NCBI GenBank assembly: GCA_963758025.1
Contig: CAVWUA010000012.1
Coordinates: forward strand, 53,407 to 117,406
Length of the DNA stretch: 64,000 bases
Origin: an uncultured Planctomycetota bacterium
Lineage (GTDB): Bacteria; Planctomycetota; Planctomycetia; Isosphaerales; Isosphaeraceae
Direction: 5' to 3'
Shown: positions 33,584-45,270 of the stretch, one piece after another
How positions within the stretch are numbered: position 1 is the first letter of the stretch
Layout of the letters: each line of letters starts with the position of its first letter
Position numbers and translations under genes: made by a program
Notes under the pieces: model-generated
Database searches by the model: none
What the model saw: only the letters and a program-made list of their open reading frames with translations
What the model was told of the DNA's origin: nothing

Positions 33584-33787
33584 GGGTTCGGTCGGCGCTG
33601 ACGGCCTGGGTTCGGTCGGGGCCGGTGGGGGCGTTGGGTTCGTTCGGTAATTCGACCCTATCTCCTGGTATAGCAAGAAGTTGAGTTTTGCGCATTCGCC
33701 CGTCGCGGAGGGGGGCGCAAGCAATTTTCCCTGGAAAAACCGGCCTTCGCGAGGTCTGCCAGAATGGCAGATGGGTTCGTTCGGCGC
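33584..33787. repeat. Second locus carrying the GGGTTCGGTCGGCGC motif (4 copies, looser spacing) plus flanks homologous to the 23.6-kb array
   Basis: Copies sit at 33584, 33608, 33636 and 33773. The 5' flank tctgccagaatggcagatgggttcgttcggcgcggg matches tctgccaaaacggcaggtgggttcgttcggcgcagg at 23627-23662. The 3' flank ccaaagaaccgcgcagg matches tcaaagaaccgcagg at 23875. Confidence 0.8.
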
Positions 33788-33991
33788 GGGCGTTCCGCTC
33801 GACCCGAGATGGGACCACGCGCGTCCGGATGACCGACCGCATGGTCCCGAATCACACAAGTTGCCAAAGAACCGCGCAGGGTGAAGCCCTGATCGTTCCT
33901 CAATGAGGATAATCTCGTTGCGGAGGCGGTCGGATTTCAGGGAACCTTGTCGGATGGGGCGGGCCCTACCTGGCTTTGCCAATCATGCAGG

Positions 33992-34041
33992 GTGGGCACC
34001 GCCCGCCATCCCGAATTTCACACATGACGGGCGGTGCCCAC
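33992..34041. repeat. 14-bp perfect inverted repeat (gtgggcaccgcccg ... cgggcggtgcccac), 22-nt loop
   Basis: Seen directly in the sequence. Confidence 0.8.
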
Positions 34042-34248
34042 TCTACATAACTTCTTGTAGGCAAAGAAGATTGGTGGAATACCCGGTCCAACAATCGTCG
34101 TATTCCACGCCCTGAGCGACATTCTCCCGCGAGTCCCGCAGTTCGACAAGTATATTCCTGAGTGGGACGAACTAATCTGACCGTCACGGATGATGGGGGG
34201 CACCCGGCAGGTGCGAGACCTGAAGGCTGATCCAGACAATTCGGCCTG

Positions 34249-34305
34249 GAGCGCGGGCGTCTCGCCCGCCTTGGAGAGCCGGATGCGGGCGAGACGCCCG
34301 CGCTC
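34249..34305. repeat. 21-bp perfect inverted repeat (gagcgcgggcgtctcgcccgc ... gcgggcgagacgcccgcgctc), 15-nt loop
   Basis: Seen directly in the sequence; a very stable stem-loop with no U-tract. Confidence 0.8.
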
Positions 34306-34584
34306 ATGGGGTGGAACTCACGCCCCCCAAAATCCGTGACGGTCAGGAACTAATAAAGGGGCGGCAAACAGGGGCTGTGGGATCTGGCTCGGAACTCGGA
34401 GGCGGGAGGAAGCGGACGGTCCCTCAACCCTCGGTCTCTTCCCGCGTGGCGTTTCGGAAACGCCGCCCGGCTCTCTTCACCCGCGTGGGGAATGGCACCC
34501 CTTGACCATCCCCCAACTCCCCTTTATAGTTCTGATGGAAACTGCATCCATGCAATCATTCGGGATCGTGTCCGAGGTGGGACG

Positions 34585-34998
34585 ATGGCGAAAACACGGG
34601 TTTGCCCGAGTTGTCGGGAACGGAGCGTGCAGCCGGATCTGTTTGCCGGTGGTCGTGTGACATGTGGCGCGTGCCGGACGGTCGCCCGTTATCCCGGTTC
34701 CCGGAGCCGCAATACGCAACGGACGGAGGGGGAGGGGGTTTCGCGGCTGATTGTCGCCGAGGAGTACATCGAGAACGCCCGGCCTCTGCGACGCCGCATG
34801 TGGTCCGGTGCGGGGCTGGAGCCGCTGCGGCCGACGCCCACCAGGACAACCGCGAGCCGCTCGGCCCTACCGGCCGGTCTGGTGGTGGCCGCGGTGACGG
34901 GCCTCCTGCTTCTGATTCTTCACCACGCCGGGCTCGGGCCGGACCTCGGTAGCCTGTCGCCGAGAGAGACGAGCACGGCCGTCGTCATCAGGCCCTGA
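34585..34998 (+). CDS. Hypothetical zinc-ribbon protein with C-terminal TM helix
   Basis: MAKTRVCPSCRERSVQPDLFAGGRVTCGACRT has a CxxC...CxxC pattern; hydrophobic LPAGLVVAAVTGLLLLILHHAG near the C-terminus. Confidence 0.35.
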   Translation: MAKTRVCPSCRERSVQPDLFAGGRVTCGACRTVARYPGSRSRNTQRTEGEGVSRLIVAEEYIENARPLRRRMWSGAGLEPLRPTPTRTTASRSALPAGLVVAAVTGLLLLILHHAGLGPDLGSLSPRETSTAVVIRP

Positions 34999-35113
34999 GC
35001 GATGAATGCGGAAGGCGCGGTTTCCGCCTCTGAGGGACTGTCTATCGTCGGAAACGAAAAACGACGAAGGTGGATTCGCTCGGTCCATCCCCGTCTCTTT
35101 CTCACTCACGAAC

Positions 35114-35217
35114 CCGCTGATGCCTTCTGGTTTCTGGAGCGCGGCCGTCCCGGCCGCCATGCCGGGGCGGCCGGGACGGCCGCGCTCCGGGAAAATGGGA
35201 ATCGGAACGCATCAGCA
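35114..35217. repeat. Palindromic ~104-bp MITE/REP-like element, copy B, 11 nt downstream of the cNMP-binding gene stop
   Basis: Reverse complement of copy A with about 5 mismatches. Central stem ggagcgcggccgtcccggccgcc / ggcggccgggacggccgcgctcc is 23 bp. Confidence 0.8.
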
Positions 35218-35227
35218 GGCTCGTGTG

Positions 35228-35761
35228 TCAGAAGTTCGAATCCTCGAACAGCCGAGCGCGGAAGCTGGCCCACTCGTTGGGTTTGGGGTGCTCGTCGGGA
35301 TGGCTGTTGAGGAACTCGACGACGCGGCGGTCGATCGCTTCGAACCGTTCGGCCAGAACACGGATCGAGGCGACGGCCAGTTGCTCGGCGGCCTTCAGGT
35401 CGGCGCGGCGGAGCAGGTCGTGCGCGTGGTGGTTCAGCGTCAGGAACCAGACGGGGGTCGTGGCGCGGACGGAGGCCAGCGGCGGACTGGTACGGAAGAA
35501 CGAACTCTCGCCGAAGACCGCCGGCGCGTTCAGCGTGGCGACGATCTCCTCGCGCCCCTCGAAGAACTGCCGGACAATCGTCACGCTCCCCTCGATCAGG
35601 AACGTGATGCGATCGTTCGGCGTGCCCCGGGCGATCAGGGTGTCCCCCTCCCGGGCGCGGCCCTCCTCCAGCACGTTCAGCACGGACTGACGGGACGTGG
35701 CGTCCAGGTCTTCCAACCACGGGGAGGCCAGAAATCGTTCGGCGGCGGCAGGCGATACCAT
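35228..35761 (-). CDS. Cyclic-nucleotide-binding (cNMP/Crp-like) domain protein
   Basis: EGDTLIARGTPNDRITFLIEGSVTIV...TLNAPAVFGESSFF is a cNMP-binding beta-roll signature. Confidence 0.65.
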   Translation of the reverse strand: MVSPAAAERFLASPWLEDLDATSRQSVLNVLEEGRAREGDTLIARGTPNDRITFLIEGSVTIVRQFFEGREEIVATLNAPAVFGESSFFRTSPPLASVRATTPVWFLTLNHHAHDLLRRADLKAAEQLAVASIRVLAERFEAIDRRVVEFLNSHPDEHPKPNEWASFRARLFEDSNF

Positions 35762-36106
35762 GCGGACAGACTCCCTTCATCAACTCGATTCGACGCAACG
35801 GGAAGGAAGCCACGAGGCCGGATGTCCGTCGCCCCGGGCCGTTCCGTTCTCGCGGATCATTTTCCCTTTCTACGATAGAAACTCGGAATCGGTCCGATTG
35901 TAGCGAAAAAACCAATTTCGTCCTGCCCAGCTTACCTGTTCCCCTTGATTTTACCGGGCGCTGCGGGCTGGCTTGCCGATGGAACCTCACAGGAAGGGAG
36001 CCGTGTCGCGCCGGGACCGTTGAGGATGACGGTTCGGCCGAAAGGGTAGCGTGGGCGCGAGGAAGGCGGCTCTTGAGGATCGGTCCCGAGGGCGGAGGGA
36101 GTCGCC

Positions 36107-37348
36107 ATGAGTCGATTGCCATGTGTGCTTGCGCTGAGCATGTTGATGTTTGCCTCGGTCGGCTGTTCCGGGGTGAACCGCCGGATGAACTATGCCCCGA
36201 CGACCCGGGAGGCGGCGTTGCCGGCCCCCGAGCCAGCCCCCGATGCCAAGCAGGGGGTTGATCCGTTCGTGCCGGTTCAGACCGGTGCGCGACGTGAGGG
36301 GGGGCTTTCCCGGTATTTCCCCGGTCTGGCCCGTACGCGGCCCGTCGCGCCGCGGAACGCGGGGGAGACGCGCAAAGGGGCGGATACCTTCGCCAGCCGG
36401 TTGCCGGAGGTGGCCGAGGTTCGCAACGCGGTGGCCGCCGCCAACGTCTCCGAAGCGACGGGGCGTGAGCCGATCGGCCTGCCCCGGAACCTTCACCCCC
36501 GTCCGGAGGTCCCGGAACTGCCCGTCGTTCTGGATGTGAAGGCGTACCCCGAGGTCCTGGCCGACCGCGCTGCCCATTTCGAGGATGAGGAGGATGAGCC
36601 GCGACGGGCCAGCGCGGCGCGTCCGAGCCTCCTGTTCGCGGCGGCCGGCCGCCCGAGCACGGACCTGACGCTCCCGGTGGCGCCGGATCTCGCGGAGAAG
36701 TTGGAGACGAAGCCCGAGGAGACGCCCGTTCCCCGGGACACCGCGACGCGGCGCGTCCAGGCCGAGGCCATTTCCTTCAGCGAGCCGATCGCCGCGTCCG
36801 CACCCGCACGTGCCAAGGCGCCGGCCGCCTCGCCGATTCCCGACCCGGCGGATCTGGTCGATTCCGAGCCGGCCGCCTCGCCGGTTCCCGACCCGGCCGA
36901 CCTGATCGATTCCGCGCCGACCGCCTCGCCGATTCCCGACCCGGCGGATCTGGTCGATTCCGAGCCGGCCACCACCGTCGAGCCGGCGGCCGTCGCGTCC
37001 GAGCCTTCTGTCGCAACGGATCGCGTGGTGGCGTCTTCCGAGGCGCCGGTGACGATCCCGGCGAACCCCGAAGCCGACCCGGTCCTTGCCGGTCGGCCCC
37101 GGCTCCCCTTGCGGCGGCCGTCGTACGATCTGGCCGATGTGCCCGATCCGGAGTTCCCCCGAACCTATTACCGCGACGGCGTCACCCCTCGCGAACGGGC
37201 CGAGCAGGCCGAGGCGCGGCGGGCACCGCGACGGTTCCGCCTGCTGCGGCGGCTCTTTGGCGACCGTGAGCCGGAGCCGTCGCGCCCCGAGCCGGTTCGC
37301 CCTGTCTCATTCCGGGGCGAACCGGGCGACGTCCCGCAGGGGCGGTAG
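36107..37348 (+). CDS. Pro/Ala-rich lipoprotein with internal tandem repeats
   Basis: Signal MSRLPCVLALSMLMFASVGCSG (lipobox). Three 16-aa repeats ASPIPDPADLVDSEPA. Confidence 0.6.
   Translation: MSRLPCVLALSMLMFASVGCSGVNRRMNYAPTTREAALPAPEPAPDAKQGVDPFVPVQTGARREGGLSRYFPGLARTRPVAPRNAGETRKGADTFASRLPEVAEVRNAVAAANVSEATGREPIGLPRNLHPRPEVPELPVVLDVKAYPEVLADRAAHFEDEEDEPRRASAARPSLLFAAAGRPSTDLTLPVAPDLAEKLETKPEETPVPRDTATRRVQAEAISFSEPIAASAPARAKAPAASPIPDPADLVDSEPAASPVPDPADLIDSAPTASPIPDPADLVDSEPATTVEPAAVASEPSVATDRVVASSEAPVTIPANPEADPVLAGRPRLPLRRPSYDLADVPDPEFPRTYYRDGVTPRERAEQAEARRAPRRFRLLRRLFGDREPEPSRPEPVRPVSFRGEPGDVPQGR
36827..36970 (+). repeat. 3 x 48-bp perfect/near-perfect tandem repeat inside the lipoprotein gene (units 1 and 3 identical)
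   Basis: The unit gcctcgccgattcccgacccggcggatctggtcgattccgagccggcc is repeated starting at 36827, 36875 and 36923. Confidence 0.85.
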
Positions 37349-38788
37349 TTCATCGAGCGCATCGCGGCCGACCGCCTCGGTGAACCGCCGGAGCAACAGT
37401 TCCAGGTGCTCGGCGACCTCCGGGTGCTGGTCGGCCACGTCGTTCTGGTCCCAGCGGTCCTCCGGCTTGCGGTACAGCTCGATGCCTCGCGGCGGGTCGT
37501 CGGGATCGACCTCGACCGGCAGGACCAGGTGCCAGTTGTGGGTTCGGATGGCGAACTCCTCGACATCCATGCCCAGGCACGCGTAGTCGCGGAGCTTCGT
37601 CTGCTCCCCCCGGATCAAGGGGAGCAGGTCCTGTCCGTGGACCGATTCGGCCGGGGGCAGGTCCAGGGCCGAGAGGATCGTCGGCAGGAGGTCCACCGTC
37701 TGCACGATCGCCTGGTGCCGCGTGCCGCCGTGCCGGGCGCCCGGCATCCGCACGATCAAAGGCGTGTGGATCAGCTCCTCATAGAGCCACGGGCGGAACC
37801 GCCGGACGTAGCCGTGCTCGCCGAGCGGCTCGCCCTGGTCGCTCGTGAAGACGACGAGGGTGTCGTCGAGCCGTCCGAGACGGCCCAGGGCCTCCATCAA
37901 CCGGCCAATCTGGGCGTCGAGCAGGGTCACGCATCCGGCATAGGTCCGCCGGAGTCGCAGGAGTTCGGTCTCGTCGAGCACGTCCCCCACCGCGCCCGCC
38001 GGCACGTCGATCAGGGCGGGAATTTCCTCCAGGCCGAACTCGTCGATCTCGGGCTCCTCGGCGAGGTCCCCTTCGTCGCCAGCCTCGAACTCGTCCGGCT
38101 CGGCCGTGGCGTACTGGTCGCGGTACGGCTGGGGAGGGTCCCAGGGGCCGTGCGGGCTGAACAGGTCGAGCCAGAGGCAGAACGGCCCGCCGTCGGCCGG
38201 GGTGCGGTCCAGCCAGTCGATCGCCGCCCGGACCGTCCGCGCCACGCCGGTCGCGTCCTCGTCCCGGTCGAACCCGAGCACGGCCCGGTTGCGGAGGAAT
38301 TGCTCCCAGCGCTCGATCCAGAGGTCGCGGTTCGGGTCGTCCTCGTCCGGCAGGCGCAGGCCCGGCTCGTCGTCGAGGCGAACCCCCCTGGCTCTCGGGT
38401 CGTCGGGCGGGACGAGCGGGTCGTAGCCCGATCCCCGGACCCACACCACCTCGTCGAACCCCCGCCCGTAGCCGTGGCCCGGCTCCCGCAGCATGGGGAC
38501 GTCGGAGATCAGGGCGGAGCGCACCCCCTGGTTCCAGAGCAGGTCGGGCAGGATCGGCTCGTCGGCGCGGAGCGGGGTCCACCCCTGGTCCGGGTCGGGG
38601 AACCCGTAGCGCCCGGTCCACCAAGAGCGGCGGGTCGGCAGGGTCGTCAGGTTCTCGGGGTAGTGATGGTCGAAGACAACCCCCTCGGCCGCCAGGCGGT
38701 CCAGGTGCGGCGTCTCGATCCAGCCGTTGCCGTAAGGCCCGAGGAAGCCCAGGTGCAAACCGTTGCAGGCGACAATGATGACGTTCAT
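37307..38788 (-). CDS. Sulfatase-like (alkaline-phosphatase superfamily) enzyme with Thr in place of the catalytic Cys/Ser (TLPTRRSWWTGRY)
   Basis: MNVIIVACNGLHLGFLGPYGNGWIETPHLDRLAAEGVVFDHHYPENLTTLPTRRSWWTGRY matches the sulfatase N-terminal signature C-x-P-x-R...TGR with Thr at the nucleophile position. Confidence 0.65.
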   Translation of the reverse strand: MNVIIVACNGLHLGFLGPYGNGWIETPHLDRLAAEGVVFDHHYPENLTTLPTRRSWWTGRYGFPDPDQGWTPLRADEPILPDLLWNQGVRSALISDVPMLREPGHGYGRGFDEVVWVRGSGYDPLVPPDDPRARGVRLDDEPGLRLPDEDDPNRDLWIERWEQFLRNRAVLGFDRDEDATGVARTVRAAIDWLDRTPADGGPFCLWLDLFSPHGPWDPPQPYRDQYATAEPDEFEAGDEGDLAEEPEIDEFGLEEIPALIDVPAGAVGDVLDETELLRLRRTYAGCVTLLDAQIGRLMEALGRLGRLDDTLVVFTSDQGEPLGEHGYVRRFRPWLYEELIHTPLIVRMPGARHGGTRHQAIVQTVDLLPTILSALDLPPAESVHGQDLLPLIRGEQTKLRDYACLGMDVEEFAIRTHNWHLVLPVEVDPDDPPRGIELYRKPEDRWDQNDVADQHPEVAEHLELLLRRFTEAVGRDALDELPPLRDVARFAPE

Positions 38789-39059
38789 GGCCGTCTATTG
38801 TAGCGGCGAGAGCCGCGCTAGGGTATGTCGCGTGGTCGATATTGAGACTGACATGGATCATGGTATGATGGTTGATGGCTGATTTGCTTTGACCCTCTTT
38901 CGTGTCCAATCACTCAATGGCCCATGAGCCACGCGATGAAATCGAAAGAATGTCGCCAGTTGACGGGCGTGCGCTGCCAAACCATAATGGTGTCTCCGCT
39001 CAATTACGCGACGATGCCAGGCCGAGGGATCGGCTTTTTTACTCACGGGGCGGTGACTG

Positions 39060-39689
39060 ATGAGTATTCCCACGGCGGTCTGCTCGGAGCGATCGAGAAC
39101 GAAGTCGACGAAGGGCCTGTTCGCGGAAGCGAGGCAAGGTTCGCGTGAGGCGCTGGGCGGGCTGATCGAGGATTTTCGGGATTATCTGACGCTCGTGGCC
39201 GACCGCGAGCTGGCCCACGACCTGCGCGGCAAGGTCGGAATCTCGGACCTCGTGCAGGAGACGTTCCTGGAGGCCCAGCGGGATTTCGGTCAGTTTCACG
39301 GGGACAATCGGGCGGAATTCCAACGCTGGCTCCGCCGGCTCCTGTGCAATAACCTGGCCAATGCCGCGCGGCATTACCGCGCGACGGCCAAGCGGGACAT
39401 CGCGCGGGAGGTGCCCCTGGACAACAGCCACCACGATCTGAAGGGCTTCCTGGCCGACCGCGGCCCGTCTCCCAGCGGCCTCGCCATCCATCGCGAGCAG
39501 GAGGGGGACCTGAACCGCGCGATGGCCCGGCTGAAGGAGCATCAGCGTCAGGTCATCCGCTGGCGGCACTGGGAAGGGCGTTCCTTCGAGGAGATCGGCG
39601 CGTTGCTCGGTTGCTCGGCCGACGCCGCACGCAAGCTCTGGTGGCGGGCCTTCGAGCGGCTGTCCCGGATCGTCGTTTCCGGTACGTGA
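39060..39689 (+). CDS. ECF-type RNA polymerase sigma-70 factor (second copy), upstream of the second Ser/Thr kinase
   Basis: DLVQETFLEAQRDFGQF (region 2) and RQVIRWRHWEGRSFEEIGALLGCSADAARKLWWRAFERL (region 4). Confidence 0.75.
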   Translation: MSIPTAVCSERSRTKSTKGLFAEARQGSREALGGLIEDFRDYLTLVADRELAHDLRGKVGISDLVQETFLEAQRDFGQFHGDNRAEFQRWLRRLLCNNLANAARHYRATAKRDIAREVPLDNSHHDLKGFLADRGPSPSGLAIHREQEGDLNRAMARLKEHQRQVIRWRHWEGRSFEEIGALLGCSADAARKLWWRAFERLSRIVVSGT

Positions 39690-39744
39690 GGAAGGGTATC
39701 CCGTTCGTTTCTTTGATAAATCACGGTGAGCCTTGGCGGACCCC

Positions 39745-43225
<3,481 letters not shown>

Positions 43226-43443
43226 CGAGTCCGGCGGAGAGCCATCCATTCTGAAGCGGATGGATGAGCCGGTTGGCCGGATCGGCGCCGGACTCGCGCG
43301 CCCCTTTCGTCCCGGACGCCGCCGATTTACCATGAGTGGCCCTGGCGCCTGGCTCCGTTGGGATCACTGGTCCGAGGTTCTTGGTCAGGCCGCCATCAAA
43401 CAGGAACCGACAATTCTCAGCCATCAACTCCGGGAGACACCAC

Positions 43444-44235
43444 ATGAGACGCATCCTGCTTGCCCTGGCCGCTCTGACGCTCGCCGTGGGGAACGCGCCA
43501 GCGGCCCAGAACGACGCGTCCTCGAAGCCGATCCAGCTTCTGTTCATCACCGGCGACAACGTCGGCGGGCATGACTGGCGGGCGACGACCCGCGTGCTGC
43601 GCGAGGTGCTTGGCGCTCGGGAAGACATTCACATGGATGTCACGGCCACGCCGTCCAAGGATCTGACGCCGGAGAACCTCAAGAAATACAACGTCCTGGT
43701 GCTGAACTACAAGGATACGCCGCAGGGCTCCCCCGAGTCGCAGTGGTCCGACGCCAACAAGGAGGCGTTCCTCAACGCGGTCAAGGGGGGGACCGGCCTG
43801 GTTGTCTTGCACTACGCCTCGGCGGCCTTCACCAAGCCGAACTGGGAGGAATTCGAGAAGGCGATTGCCGGCGGCTGGCGGAGCCAGGGCTACCACGGGC
43901 CGAAGCACGAGTACACCGTGAAGAAGACCGAGGTTGCCCACCCGATCTCCCGGGACCTGCCCGCCAAGTTCGACCACGCCATCGACGAACTCTACCAGAA
44001 CTCGCTCCTGACGCCCGGCAGCGTCGTGCTGGCGACGGCCTACTCCGACCCCGACAAGCCCCGGGGCACGGGCAAGGATGAGCCGGTCGTCTGGATCAAC
44101 CACTACGGCAAAGGCCGCGTGTACAACAACACGCTCGGTCACGACCCGACCGCCATCGCCGATGAGAATTACCAGAAATGGCTCCTTCGCGGCATCGAAT
44201 GGGCTGCCACCGGCGACGTGAAGGACGCGAAGTGA
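43444..44235 (+). CDS. ThuA-like (trehalose-utilisation / class-I glutamine-amidotransferase-like) secreted protein
   Basis: Signal MRRILLALAALTLAVGNAPAA; IQLLFITGDNVGGHDW...VLVLNY...GLVVLHYA...HPIS...YGKGRVYNNTLGHD matches the ThuA pattern. Confidence 0.6.
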   Translation: MRRILLALAALTLAVGNAPAAQNDASSKPIQLLFITGDNVGGHDWRATTRVLREVLGAREDIHMDVTATPSKDLTPENLKKYNVLVLNYKDTPQGSPESQWSDANKEAFLNAVKGGTGLVVLHYASAAFTKPNWEEFEKAIAGGWRSQGYHGPKHEYTVKKTEVAHPISRDLPAKFDHAIDELYQNSLLTPGSVVLATAYSDPDKPRGTGKDEPVVWINHYGKGRVYNNTLGHDPTAIADENYQKWLLRGIEWAATGDVKDAK

Positions 44236-44383
44236 TCGCGTGAATCGTACGCCGGGAAATCGCCCCCTTACGCCGTTCACCACCGAATGAGCGTCGGGTG
44301 CCGCTGGCGGTTTGGGCCACCAGCGGCACCCGACACACCGGAAATTCTCACTTCAACCAGACTCGCGATCGCATCCTCTCACC

Positions 44384-44734
44384 ATGCCTCCGCCCGGCCA
44401 GCGCGATTACAGCGGCGTCCGGCTGACCCGGCACGCTCTGGAACGGTTCGTGGAACGGTTCGGCCTCTCCGCCGAATCGGCCGAACCGGCCCTGCGCACG
44501 GCCCTCTCTCGCACGCGACGCCTCGGCCGCAATCCGGCCAACGGCGCGATTGCCGTGCTCGCCCTGCACGGCCAGCGCACCCTGGTCGCCATCCTCCAGG
44601 ATCAAACCTGTTTGACCGTCCTGACCTGGCCGCTGTTCGAGCCTCGCATGGCCGAATTCGGCCGAACCCACCTTCCTCGCAAACGTGGTCGAATGCTGCG
44701 CCGCCTCAATAAACCTGAACCCGACGCGGATTAA
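44384..44734 (+). CDS. Small hypothetical protein, possibly DUF4258-like (H-A-x-E-R-x-x-E-R motif)
   Basis: LTRHALERFVERFGLSAESAEPALRTALSRTRRLGRNPANGAIAVLALHGQRTLVAILQDQTCLTVLTW; orphan, no partner gene seen. Confidence 0.3.
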   Translation: MPPPGQRDYSGVRLTRHALERFVERFGLSAESAEPALRTALSRTRRLGRNPANGAIAVLALHGQRTLVAILQDQTCLTVLTWPLFEPRMAEFGRTHLPRKRGRMLRRLNKPEPDAD

Positions 44735-45270
44735 ACGAATTTTTCGCTTTATTTGGTTGCGAATTGGCGAATCACGTTGTAGAGTCTTCCTGCTGGGTTC
44801 ACAAAACAGACTGACATCTCAATCCCTGGACACGGAGGTCTGAGGTCGTGAGGGCGATGCTGCCATGCGCGATCGACTGGTCCGTGTCGGATTCCTTGGA
44901 TTGATCCTGGCCATGCCCGTGGTCATCGGCGCCGCGTCGCAGGGAGACGGCGATGCCGCGGCCCGCCCGGCCCCGCCGATGCTGTCGAGGGCGTTTTCCA
45001 CCCCGGTTCTCGGGGTCGAGATGGTGGTCGTCACCGGTTTGATCGTCGCCGCCCGGGGGCGTCGCCGCCTGCTGGCGGATCCGATGCCGGCGCGGGTGGT
45101 CTCGGCACGAGTCCCGGTGGCCGCCCGTCCGACCGAGCGGGCGCCCGTGGCCCGCCCGTCCCTGGCGGTGGGGGCGCAGTGAACCGGAGCGGTTCCCGAT
45201 CGGGGATGTCGGCTCGAACGGGGTGGCTGGCGAGCGGCCTCGTGTCGTGGGCGGGTGAATCACGCCTTAT

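Noticed and set aside
33758-33790. Sigma-54-like promoter (TGGCAG-N5-TTCG) next to the motif cluster
   Set aside because: The -12 element (TTGC) is not matched, and the copy at the 23.6-kb locus matches even less. No enhancer-binding-protein gene nearby.
44865-45182. Small ORF (105 aa) with a hydrophobic segment upstream of the kup 3' end
   Set aside because: There is no conserved motif, it overlaps the kup C-terminal region on the other strand, and its composition is typical of GC-rich noise; not annotated.
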